This document shows, one piece after another, positions 53,593 through 64,000 of a stretch of DNA of 64,000 nucleotides. The stretch is from Adineta vaga (taxonomy: Eukaryota > Animalia > Rotifera). The position numbers and the translations under genes are program-made. A model generated the notes under the pieces. That model searched no databases, had not been told where the DNA came from, and saw nothing but the letters and a program-made list of their open reading frames with translations. The DNA lies in the NCBI GenBank assembly GCA_021613535.1, contig CP075497.1, forward strand, positions 9,238,001 through 9,302,000, written 5' to 3'. Each line of letters opens with the position of its first letter. The first letter of the stretch is position 1.

Positions 53593-55558
53593 TTAAACAA
53601 GGAATTTGAATGTTGAATTTTTTTGTGAAATTTCTGTTAGACGTTGTTTGACATCACCATCAAGCTGATTTCTTTCAAAATTGAGCAAAGTAAGTGTCTA
53701 AAAATAGAATATGAATATAATTCGATGGAAAAAAAATATTAAATCTCAATTACATTATTTTGATCAAGTGCTCTAATTAAATATTGGGCTCCCTGTGGTC
53801 CAATCTGATTACTTCCCAAATCAAGTGTAGTCAATGTCTAAAGATAAAAGATAGTTCATGGGAAACATTACAAGAAATATGAAGAGACTTTATTTTGTTT
53901 TAAAGCAGTGGCAAGATAACGTGCTCCTAGATTACCAATAAAATTGGATCGAAGTTTGACAGTTCTCAATGTCTAAAATATTTGATTCGAGAATGATGTC
54001 TCAGTAAATATAGACATGATATTTACTGTATTTTCTTGTAAAGCAATTGCAAGATATTCTATTCCTTGTGGTCGAATTTGATTCGAACGAAGATTCAATG
54101 TTGTAAGTGTCTATCATATATTGAAAGAATGAAGAAAAGATACAATGTCAATCTAACTTTATTTTGTGACAAGGCATTGCCAAGATATTGCATTCCTTGA
54201 TCACTTATATCATTGCATTCAAGATTGATATTTCTCAGGGTCTGTAATGTAATGAACAGATATTTAGAGAAGTAACTGATTTAGTAAATAATTTACTGTA
54301 TTTTCTTTCAATACATTAGCAAGATCATGTGCACCCTGTGGTCCAATGAAATTGTGATGTAGATTCAACGTAGTTACTGTCTTTTAAAAAACAATATATG
54401 AACATAATACATTGTAGAGATGAGATATTATCTCTAGAGATTACTTTGTTTTGTTGAAGTTTCTCAGCAAGAATTTTAATTTCTGCATCAGTAATTTGAC
54501 TTCGAGATAGGTCTAAGTTAATCAATTGCTATTAGAAATAGAAGAATAAATTATTAGTTTATTTGTAATAAGTGAAAATATAATTAAGATAATCATTACC
54601 GATCCGGAATTCAAACTTTCGATAATTTCTTTAAATTTAGTATTAATCGATGTTGGCAGTGATCTTCTCGGTTGTATTGTTACAAGTTCGATCGGACGTT
54701 TAAGTGGTCGTTGTGTGATCAATGGTTTCTTTGATAAGATTTTACTCATTCTCCTTTCTGATGTTTGTATTGCAGGTAATATTGTTGCTGAAGTTGGTAC
54801 AATTAATTTCGGTTTTGGATTTAATGGGATAGATGGAAGTAATGGAAGTAATGGAGTGGTATTACTTGATTGATATGTTGACGAAATTTCTTTGATATGA
54901 ACAACAGACAAGCCATTTCCTGAATTGAAACAGCCTAATACTTGATATTGACAACCAAACGGTAATAATACATCATCTCTAGAATAGAATGAATGCTGTC
55001 GAATATTCTTACTAGACCGACAATCAATAATAAATAACGTTCGTGGACCACTGTGTCCTAAAATATGATCTTTATTAAACTCATCAATATTTGTTGTACA
55101 TTTGGTAAAACTCCACCAAATGAATATTTCTTTAGAAGGATATTGTGCGATTAAATTAAGTTTAATAGCACGATAAATAGTAGTATGAGAAACTACTAAT
55201 GGAAGTTTAGCGAATGCAGTCATAATTAATTTCAAATATAGGAACCATGGTTTTAATACATTTGTGTTTGTTGTTTGTAAGGCAGTGTCTAGAAACACAG
55301 CAAAAGATTTATCCTTTGGTTCCCAATATAATGTATATAATGAAATTGAAGCTGATTCGTCATTGGTTAGATCATCTGTTGAGATATTTCGAACTCTTTT
55401 GACAGTCATAACCATTTTTTCCACTTCTGGAACGATGGAAACAAGAGCAGCGGTTGCTTCTTCCAATGAAACAATCGGTACTTTTCGTATTCTCGAATGA
55501 TTGATAGTTTCGAAATACTAGAAAGATCTTTAGACGTGCCATTCTCATTAGTAGCCAT
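53593..55558 (-). CDS. ADP-ribosyltransferase-like (ART) domain plus 7 ribonuclease-inhibitor-type LRRs; apparent 1-nt deletion near 55483
   Basis: Bdelloid-type ART: YEKVPIVSLEEA, LTNDESASISLYT, LKPWFLYLKLIMTA, TIYRAI, WWSFTKCT, GPRTLFIIDC. LRR exons of about 84 nt, e.g. TLTTLNLRSNQIRPQGIEYLAIALQENT and TLTTLDLGSNQIGPQGAQYLIRALDQNN. Confidence 0.85.
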
Positions 55559-56140
55559 CTAAAAATAACATTATAAATACAATGAGTTATCAGCCATACA
55601 TAAATTACACGTTTAATAAAAACCATAGAATGATCTACCTTTCCCCCAATTTCAGTAATCCGTAGAACGATGTATTTCTAGTGTCTACACAATAAGTTTC
55701 ATAATATCAACACGACGAAAGTAAAAAGATAACGGTAAACTTATCTTTAGCAAAGAATAAGTTACTTGTATGATCACATTGTACCTTCGTTATCTCTTAG
55801 AAACTATCAAATTAATGAATGAAACAAAATGAAAGACATGAACAATGCTATCTTCGCGTCTATTAATACAAGTATGTTACATTTTATGAATAATCAAAAT
55901 TTATTTATTTACGATTTTCTTCATCTTGTTTATTTATTTCTAGATATATAGATTTCTTCACATAACAACAACTAGTCATTATCCTGACTAACATGCAAAA
56001 AAAACAATCACCATCAAGATACAATATATACACAAAAAACAAAACAGAATATGTTCACTGTACAACAAAACAATATACAAACAAAAACAAAATAGTACAA
56101 TAAATATATACAAACTAAATAGAATACAAAATCAATCCCA

Positions 56141-56793
56141 TCATTCATATAAATGTGTTTGACCATGATTAATTCGATTTCCCATACACGATTTACATCG
56201 ACAACATCCACTAAATAATGAACGATCAATTGATTGAATAAGCAAATACGATTTTAATAACGATTTTTGTTTCACATGGGCTTGATAAACCTACAAGAAA
56301 TTATAATAACAAAGTAAATCTCAATGAATATCTTTACTTACTTGCATACTACGACCATTGATAATTTTTCCATCCATTGCTTGAATAGCTCGAATTGCAT
56401 CCGATTGTCTGAATTAATCATATTTATATTATATGGTATGAAATAAAAAGATGAACACATACTTTTCAAAAGTAACAAATCCATAACCTCGTGATTGACC
56501 ATTTCGTAATGGAATTTCTACATCGTACACTTGTCCGAACACCTATATGAAATTCAACAGATCAGAATCTATTTAAAAAGAAAAGAGGATGTTGAATACA
56601 TACACCAAAGATTTTTTCCAGTTCAATAGTTGACCAATAATATGGAATATTGGAAATCCAAAGACGCATTGGTGCTGGTTGTGTTTTCTAGAAAATTGAT
56701 TGTAATAAAGAGATTATATCAAGGTAAATTACTTACTTGTAAAGGAAAGCACATGCTTGGTGAAGGTTTAGTTGGTTGTTGAAGGCGAAACAT
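56141..56793 (-). CDS. Single-RRM RNA-binding protein, Fox-1/RBFOX-like RRM; 5 exons
   Basis: PMRLWISNIPY (RNP2), VFGQVYDVEI, SRGYGFVTFE (RNP1), DAIRAIQAMDGKIINGRSMQV. TATAAAA lies at ~56844-56850. Confidence 0.8.
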
Positions 56794-57912
56794 GCTTGTT
56801 CGTAAGAAAAAATGATGGGAAGATAACGAAAAGAACATATTGCTTTTATACACATCATTAACTATCACAGCTCAATAAAGAACAAACGACAACAAAGAAG
56901 TAACCGTTACATGTTTAAATATAACAAAACCGTTACAAAAGATATATAGTCTAATTTTCGAATGCAACGGATAAGCAAATAACTTTATCCGCTTCCATAT
57001 AAGCAACAACGAATCATGTCAATGCTAAACTTGACTAGTCCAGATTGCTTATAATACCTGTACACCATGCTCGGTCAACTTTGTAAGAACAACGATTTCT
57101 TTTGCATTGTATCTGGACTAGTCCATTATGTTCTTCGCAATTTGTATACTATCTAGGAACTGCAATGGCAAAACAGTTCCATAAATTTCTTTCATGTTTA
57201 TTGATAATAAAATAAAAGGAGCTATATGCAAATCATTTGGATCATCACTTGTTTTTCCGTTATACAAAATTTTGCTACTAATATGTAAATATTTCGTTTC
57301 TAATTGATTGAATATTCTCATTTGAAATCAAAGACTAACTAGATTTTATTATCAGAAACAGTATAGAATTTTTCACATGTTCGTGAAAATGATATCGATC
57401 TCTATGAATTAGTTGAAAGCAAAAGATTGATTCAGTGCATATAGACATCGTCTTTTGTTTCTCTATATCGAAGGGCATTTAATATTGATCAGATTGAATG
57501 GTACATATGATCTTTCTCTCTCTCTCTCTTATTTCGAAATATAAAAAGTGCAATAAAACGATTTTCAACTCAAGTTAACATCAAAAGAACTATTCGATAT
57601 TATTTATTATCAGCAACTATATGTCTGAAGAGAAAATCTATCGTTGATATTCAACATCTGAATATGATTTTTAAAATTAATATATTTGCTATGTAAGAAA
57701 ACAGAAAGGTAAAAATGATATTTAATTCAAGTCCGCCTCTCCGCCAAATGATCTTGAAATTCAGCTTTGAATCGTTTCGACAACAAGTCGATTTTCAAGT
57801 CAAAGATTTTATTTCAAAATAAATATCCTACACTCAAGTTTTTTCGTCATCGAAATAAATGAAATCAGATTTTTGATCATTTGAAAATTTTCAAGAAAAG
57901 GATAATCATCTC

Positions 57913-58601
57913 ATGACTACGCTTCATAACTATACAACAAGACAGGCCGTAAATTTTTCATCAAATGTTTCAAATATTATTTTGAACAGAAGATTCTTAC
58001 TTTTAGGCATCAATTGGTCTTCAACCAGGTAATCTAATTGGTGAAGCACATTACATTACTGAGACTCAAATAACTCCACCAGTAAAACAACGAGTTCGAA
58101 GTAGAAAACTCCTAAGCGTAAGAATTCATATTTAATGAAAACAATCTTTCGATAAAAAATTTGTTTTATAATTAGACAAATATAAGCCGATGTCAATGTT
58201 GTTGTCCACCAATTGCTTCTCCTTTATGTCGTTCATGTTTATGTCCATGTTGGGCGTATTTACTTATTGGTCTTCTTCTCACTTTACTTCTAGCAGCGTT
58301 AGCTGTTGAAATTGGTTTTTTGACTAGTAAGATCTTTCAATCGATTTTTTTATTCTTCAAATTCATTTATTTTACAGGAGAGAAAATCCTTTATCGAAGA
58401 ACAGTTTGTAACAATGTGTATAATTCAAGTTATGTTTTGGATCCTGCTAATAATGGCACATGGGTTGTCTCTACTTCAACAAGTGAACCATGTGGAGGTC
58501 TACCTGATGGAACAATAATTGGATCGGGATCATCTATTTGGTCATCTTTTACATATATATTTCTTCTCATCAACATTATCATCTACCTTATTAACTATTA
58601 G
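57913..58601 (+). CDS. Small membrane protein: Cys-rich juxtamembrane N-terminus, TM helix, short ectodomain, hydrophobic C-terminus; 4 exons
   Basis: Spliced: MTTLHNYTTRQA...RCQCCCPPIASPLCRSCLCPCWAYLLIGLLLTLLLAALAVEIGFLT-REKILYRRTVCNNVYNSS...EPCGGLPDGTIIGSGSSIWSSFTYIFLLINIIIYLINY*. Confidence 0.7.
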
Positions 58602-58837
58602 AGGAACTTCTTTAGAACTAAATAATATGAACATTGATAAACCTTATTCTAATTTTCTTTTCTTTTTTCATCTATAAATAAAAAAAATTGATTCATAAGA
58701 GAGGGCGCTAGTTTAATGATAAAATATTAAAAAATGATTTCAAATTTCTATCAGAAACTACGAAACTTATCATCTGAAACTTTCATATGCGTTCAAAAGT
58801 TACTTTTACGACATAGTAAAATCTTAATGATTTGTTG

Positions 58838-58850
58838 GTTGCTTAGCAAC
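58838..58850. promoter_or_regulatory. RFX X-box (perfect palindrome GTTGCT-T-AGCAAC)
   Basis: Matches the RFX consensus GTTRCY-N(0-3)-RGYAAC, 78 nt upstream of the ATG of a ciliary gene. Confidence 0.85.
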
Positions 58851-58927
58851 AAGAAACAAAATTTTTCTACGCATAATGTCGTTCCGTTGTTGTTGTATTT
58901 ATCCATTCCTATAACAATTCTATTAAC

Positions 58928-59551
58928 ATGCTTCAAACAAGCGCACTTCGTCGACCATTTGGTCATCAAACGTTAATTTATAATTGGGAAGAAGATCGCG
59001 CTGATATTAAAAATCAACGAGTTCAAAAACCGCTTCCTTCTCAGGTTCATTTTTTTCTGATTTTTCAACAAATTGATATTTATCGTTTTCAAATTCTAGC
59101 ATGATCATTATTTTAATACCACATATGAAAGTTCATTTGGTACCATAAGAGGTGGACCACCTCGACCTGAAGTTCGTCATCTTGAACGTAAGTTGCATCT
59201 CTACATATTCTCAACAAAAGAAAATTTTAATTCTTCTTAGTTCCTCGTGCATTTGCTTTTCCCGGTCATCAACCTGAATTTGATTTTCCTGAAATGAAAG
59301 CATCAGTTAACACCTATTTAAGTGAATATCGAGCTGCTTATTGTCGTAGTTGTAATCGTGTATTAGAACCTGATGATCCTGCTTGGTCATCATCGACAAA
59401 AGTTTGTTTACATTGTAAAGATCGTACATATACTATTGATCCTAAACCTGAACCATATACAGTTACTGTTGATTATCCACAGAATCCTGCAGCAAAAGAT
59501 CGTTGTCTTGCCTGCTTAGAAATTAATACTGGTGTTAAAATAATAAAATAA
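58928..59551 (+). CDS. CFAP68: Cilia- and flagella-associated protein 68 (C11orf1 family) with a Cys-rich C-terminal extension; 3 exons
   Basis: TLIYNWEEDR, KPLPSQ|HDHYFNTTYESSF and AFPGHQPEFD match the C11orf1 motifs PLPSQFGHYFETTY and FPGHQPELD. Confidence 0.8.
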
Positions 59552-59624
59552 ACAGCGAACGAAAGATTTTATTTTTTTGATACTTTATTTTGAAATAAAC
59601 TTCACATTATATTTCAGATTAATA

Positions 59625-61471
59625 ATGACTATGGAAGCAACTGAACAAGATCTTCTCGCAACACAGAAAGCCCTCGAAGAAGAGGTGCAAAACAAGGTGA
59701 AACAAGCAGTTGTAGATAATTTTCTTCGAGTAAGTTTTGTTTTATTTCATTTCAATAAATAACAATTGCAAATTTCTTTCAAGGAAAAATTAAGTCGAGA
59801 AGAAAAATTTACAGAACGAAATTCCTATAAATTAAATACGCAATGGTTGCCTGTAATGCGAGCAGCCAAATCGAAAGAATTAAAGAAAGAAATTGAAATT
59901 TTATCTCAAACATTTGGTCGAATTATTGATCGAAAAGATACGGTAATCAAATCATCCTTAGTCGATATTGATGAAGCTGAAGAACAATATAGTATGGCTT
60001 TAAGAAGTTTCTTGGAAGCAATTGAAAAGATGATCAGTAAGAGAAAAATATCTTTCAAAAAAAAAGAAACTCTTTGATTAATTGATTATTATTAGGAATG
60101 CATACATTAACAATTGATAAATTACTCGATCAATATGAAAAAGATGCTGAACAAGTTAAATTTGAATTTCTTGATGAACGTGAAAAGATTATTCGAGATC
60201 ATACAGCATCGAAAACTGAATTGCAAGATATTATTTATAATATGGAGAAAACCTTTCTTGATACAGAAACAACAGCTGAACAAAATTTTCAAGCTAATAT
60301 GGAAGAATTACGTGATCGAGTTAGTAGACGAGAAGATTTTTATATAGAGAACTATTCTCTCGGTTTGTTTTAGTATCGAGAAGATATGCAATACTATCAA
60401 GGAGAAGTTGAAAAACGTATGGAAAAGTTACAAAATGAAATGGCATCAATAACAGCAACATATAAGGAACGAACGAGAGATAGTAAAGCACAATATCAAG
60501 AATATAAAATGAGGGATGAAAAAAATTCGAAAGAAATTCGTGAAGCAACTATTTACATTAATCGAATGATGGTAAATCAAAACTTTCTTTTCATCATCAT
60601 CAATCAATTAATACAATTGTATTTTTCAGGAAAAAATCAATAATATCAAAGCACAAATTGCATCATTAGAAGCTAATCATCAAGGACGCATGCAAAAAGT
60701 TCAACAGGTAAGTTTCATTTCAGAAAAAGACATCAGATTAGAATTGTTATTCTAGGAAAAAGATAGTATGAAACAATATCTTCGTGATTTAAAATTTCAA
60801 TTATCAGAAATGCAAGAAGAATTACATCGACGATTAGTTAAACTTGCATTAACATGTGATGGAACACAAAAACAATTGGAAAAACGTGTTAAAACTGCGG
60901 AAACAATTCTCACTTTATCTGAAATGTGTCGTAAATTAGAAGCTGAAGAAGAAAAAATTCTTCCATTTTATACATCAACATTAACTGAAGAAGAACGAGC
61001 GGAAGTTGATGCTGCTTTCTATGAACAACCATTTGAAGATTTAGCAAAAGTATGATGTTCTTGACTTATGTTTCTTTTTTTTTGTGAATATGTCTTTTCT
61101 AATTGAAGGATATGTATACATATGATTTATTAGAAACGTTTTGGAAACGATTTGGTAAAGTATCGTTAGATAAATTAGCTTTGGAAAAAGAACGAAGTAT
61201 TTTACAATCAGAAAATATGCAACTAAAAATGTTATTGAAACAATATCTTGATGGAATATCAGTCAATGATGAAATTATGAGTCAAACTAATCCATTGATG
61301 ATTTATTCATCAAGACGTGTACTTGAGTATGTAGTTTCAAAACGATTTCATTGATATAGTTCTTCGTTTTCTTTTCTTTTCAATAGAAGTCAATCTGCTA
61401 CAAAACAGTTACCAACTTCTCGACCGATAAAAGTTGTCATTGAAGCTCAACATGTGAAAAGCGCCTTTTGA
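59625..61471 (+). CDS. CCDC65: Dynein regulatory complex subunit 2 (CCDC65/DRC2); multi-exon
   Basis: FLREKLSREEK...KLNTQW...KELKKEIEILSQTFGRIIDRKDTVIKS...EAEEQY, AETILTLSEMCRKLEAEEEKILPFY, FWKRFGKVSLDKLAL...ENMQLKMLLKQYLDGISVNDEIM...NPL. Confidence 0.92.
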
Positions 61472-61635
61472 TATGTTTATTTGCTCTTGTATACGTCTTT
61501 TGTTTTCCATAATATATTTTGTGTAGTCTGTCTTTTCATATTTTCTACTATAAACATCAAATAATTGATATATTGAATTTTTTTTAAAAACTTATTTATT
61601 GAAACAAAAGAAAATATAAATGAGTGAGATTTGAT

Positions 61636-64000
61636 TTAAACTTTCTCTTGCAAATGTTTTCTATAATCTTTATAAAATCGAATTTCATCATGATTTTCAT
61701 CTCGTGTTAAAAGTAAACGTTGAATGGCTTTGTCCATGGTTTCTATCGCTTCATTCAATCGTCCTAAACCTTCTAAAACTGTTGACATATTATAATAAGT
61801 TACTGCAATAGTTGGATGATCTTCTACATGTAATTTAAGTTCAATCGCTAGACATTTTTGATAATTTTCTAATGCTTTACTATATTGATTTATATGAGAT
61901 TGAGCTCCAGCAAGATTATGATATTTCGTAGAAAGTTCGAGATCATCTTCATATGGATACAATCGTTGTTGGATTTGTAAATCACGTTGAAGATAAGGTA
62001 TTGCTTCTTCATATTTACCTTGTTTTATAAGTACAGATGCAATATTACCAGCATAAGCAGCAATAGAATCTAAATCCGGACTAGATGATAAGATCTGTAT
62101 ATCATATGCTTTTCGATGAAAATAAAGTGCTTTTGCATCAAGCTCTTGTTTATGATAAATACTTCCCATATTATTATATGTTGGAGTTAATTTTATGTCA
62201 TCGGATGGTAAGACACGTAAATAGATTTGTAGAGATTTTTGTAACTGTTTAAGTGCACGATCGTATTGTTTTTGTTCATAATAATAACAGCAAAGCATAT
62301 GAAATAAACCAGCGACTATTAAATTGGCTGTTTGATCTTGTTCAGTTAATGGATGATTGATTAAAATATTGCAAAAATATTCGATGTTTGGAAAATCTTT
62401 CATTTGTTTCATTAATTTAGCTATTCGAAGTAAGGGAAAAGATTGATGAATAATTTCTTGAAAATTTTTGTTAATTTGTTGGACAATATTTAATGTATCA
62501 TTGTTAATTGATAGTTTTATTATAGGCATATTTTTATCTTTACCTTTAATATTTGAAATTTGAAATACACTGGCGGCTGAAAGAAGTAATTCGTCAGTAT
62601 TCGGTTCGATTTCCATCATTAATATCGGTACTTCTATTTCCATTTGAAATAGAACAAATATAACATCCAAATTTATACATGATAGTTCCGTTTTCTGTTG
62701 TTGTGATGTAACTTTTGTTCTTTGTGTCAGAAGGAATGAATTAAAAGTAATGTAACCACCTTTATTCTTCGAGAATGAATCAAACATCGTTTTAGAAACA
62801 TATTGAGTTCGATAAACAGTTATTGGTATTGATGAATTATTTAATTTCAACTGTCGTTGAAGATGTTGAACGAAAAAACGAAGTTTATATAGAATATATG
62901 GATCTGGTAAACGGAATGCTCGTGTTAACATTTTGAATAAAAAAATTTCTTGACGTATATACCATTTAACAGCTTCTTCGGGTCGGAAATAACGTTCAAA
63001 TTCATTAATAAATTTCAATTGTATTTCATTTTCAGCATATTGTTGACGACAAAAATCTAGCATTTCCTTTTGTAAATCAGTTTGTTCATCATTTTCCAAG
63101 ATAATATCTTTTAATATTTGCAAATATACAAAACTATTATTACTCGTATCATTCGCAGAGATTGATAAAATCATCATGAAATCTGATGTTAATGATATTA
63201 GATCTTTTTCTAATCGATGACATACTCTACTTAAACTAGTATAAATACCTTGAATTTTAATAGAATCATATGATTCTTCGTTATTATGATCAACGACATA
63301 GATATAACGAACTTGTGATAAATCATGAATATATTTTTGTAAATTTTCTAGATTTGTTTTCGATAAAATCATAATAATTTGTTCTTGAATGGTATCAGTA
63401 ACATATTCGATACAGACTTTGTCATTAATATCATTTATTATTAGACCAGAATTAATAAGTCCACGTAATCTTATCTTATCATTGTCGGACATTTCAATAG
63501 TACCATCCAAAATATAGATAAAACTTTCTACATTCTTCTCGATAGGTGATGAATTACTCGAGAGATAATTGTGAGAGTGATCGGACTTCTGAAACGCAAG
63601 AGAAGACTGTGAATATATGAATAGAAATTATTTGAGAGAAAAGAGCAAACCTTCAGGAGGATTCGATGTGAATTTTGCATGAGGATTTTCTACATTAGCT
63701 GAACTATTACTATCCATTGATTTATGAGTATTCAATGAACTGCTGTCTGTTTGATTCACCCAATCTTGAACGTTTTGACTTTGTTCAGAACATGTTAATG
63801 ATGTTCGCTCTTCTATAAAAGAAAATTCTATCAAAGAACTTTTATAAATTTTCTATTTTACGAATGGATTCTGTATTTCGTGTAATAGTGTTATCATCGC
63901 TAATTGATGAACGAATCGAATCTGTTGGTGTTTGCCGTGTAGATAGTTTTGTATCATCGTTTAGTGCCAATTCCAACAGACGAAAATCAACAGATTGTGA
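61636..64000 (-). CDS. TPR-repeat protein with a degenerate ART-like domain (bdelloid-expanded type); 5' end lies beyond the window
   Basis: CRQQYAENEIQLKFINEFERYF.PEEAVKWY, ITVYRTQ, YITFNSFLLT, DELL...SVFQI, then about 5 TPRs (YNNMGSIY, AGNIASVLIKQGKYEEAIPYLQRDL, HPTIAVTYYNMSTVLEGLGRLNEA). Upstream Ser-rich exons run to the window end. Confidence 0.85.

Noticed and set aside
53593-54540. Regularly spaced ~135-140-nt repeated units, superficially array- or CRISPR-like
   Set aside because: They are LRR exon plus intron units, with similarity at the protein level and GT-AG boundaries.
59533-59617. Cis-spliced CFAP68-CCDC65 fusion protein
   Set aside because: The available GT donors are phase 1 or 0 while the acceptor needs phase 2, and both proteins look complete separately.
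1-64000. tRNA, rRNA, SL-RNA genes and prokaryotic defence systems
   Set aside because: None were recognised by eye; the window is eukaryotic. tRNAscan-SE or Infernal would be needed to exclude small RNAs.

Overview
AT-rich eukaryotic genomic DNA with many short (~35-70 nt) GT-AG introns. ART-LRR and ART-TPR proteins, a rotifer-style F-box/LRR gene and foreign-looking genes among metazoan genes point to a bdelloid rotifer (inference). Gene order: 5' part of USP9X/fat facets (-); a PARN-family DEDDh nuclease with a C-terminal TM anchor (PNLDC1/Trimmer-like); liprin-alpha with an alternative first exon and a stop-containing microexon; F-box/LRR; a short protocadherin-like gene; a decayed prokaryote-like TIM-barrel gene with one intron; a multi-TM orphan; a Q/P/H-rich protein with a ZMIZ-like tail; a Tctex-1-like gene; three tandem ependymin-related genes (third frameshifted) around an intronless bacterial-type acyl-CoA dehydrogenase; an LDL-receptor-like gene; ART-LRR; a Fox-1-like RRM gene; a small TM+GPI-type protein; CFAP68 and CCDC65/DRC2; a partial ART-TPR gene (-). 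The best candidate for an undescribed system is CFAP68-CCDC65: one perfect RFX X-box precedes two ciliary genes only 73 nt apart, with AATAAA, a T-rich tract and an unpaired 3' splice acceptor between them, which looks like an operon resolved by SL trans-splicing. No rRNA, tRNA, CRISPR array or intact transposon was recognised. Exon boundaries were read by eye and family calls come from remembered motifs, not searches.
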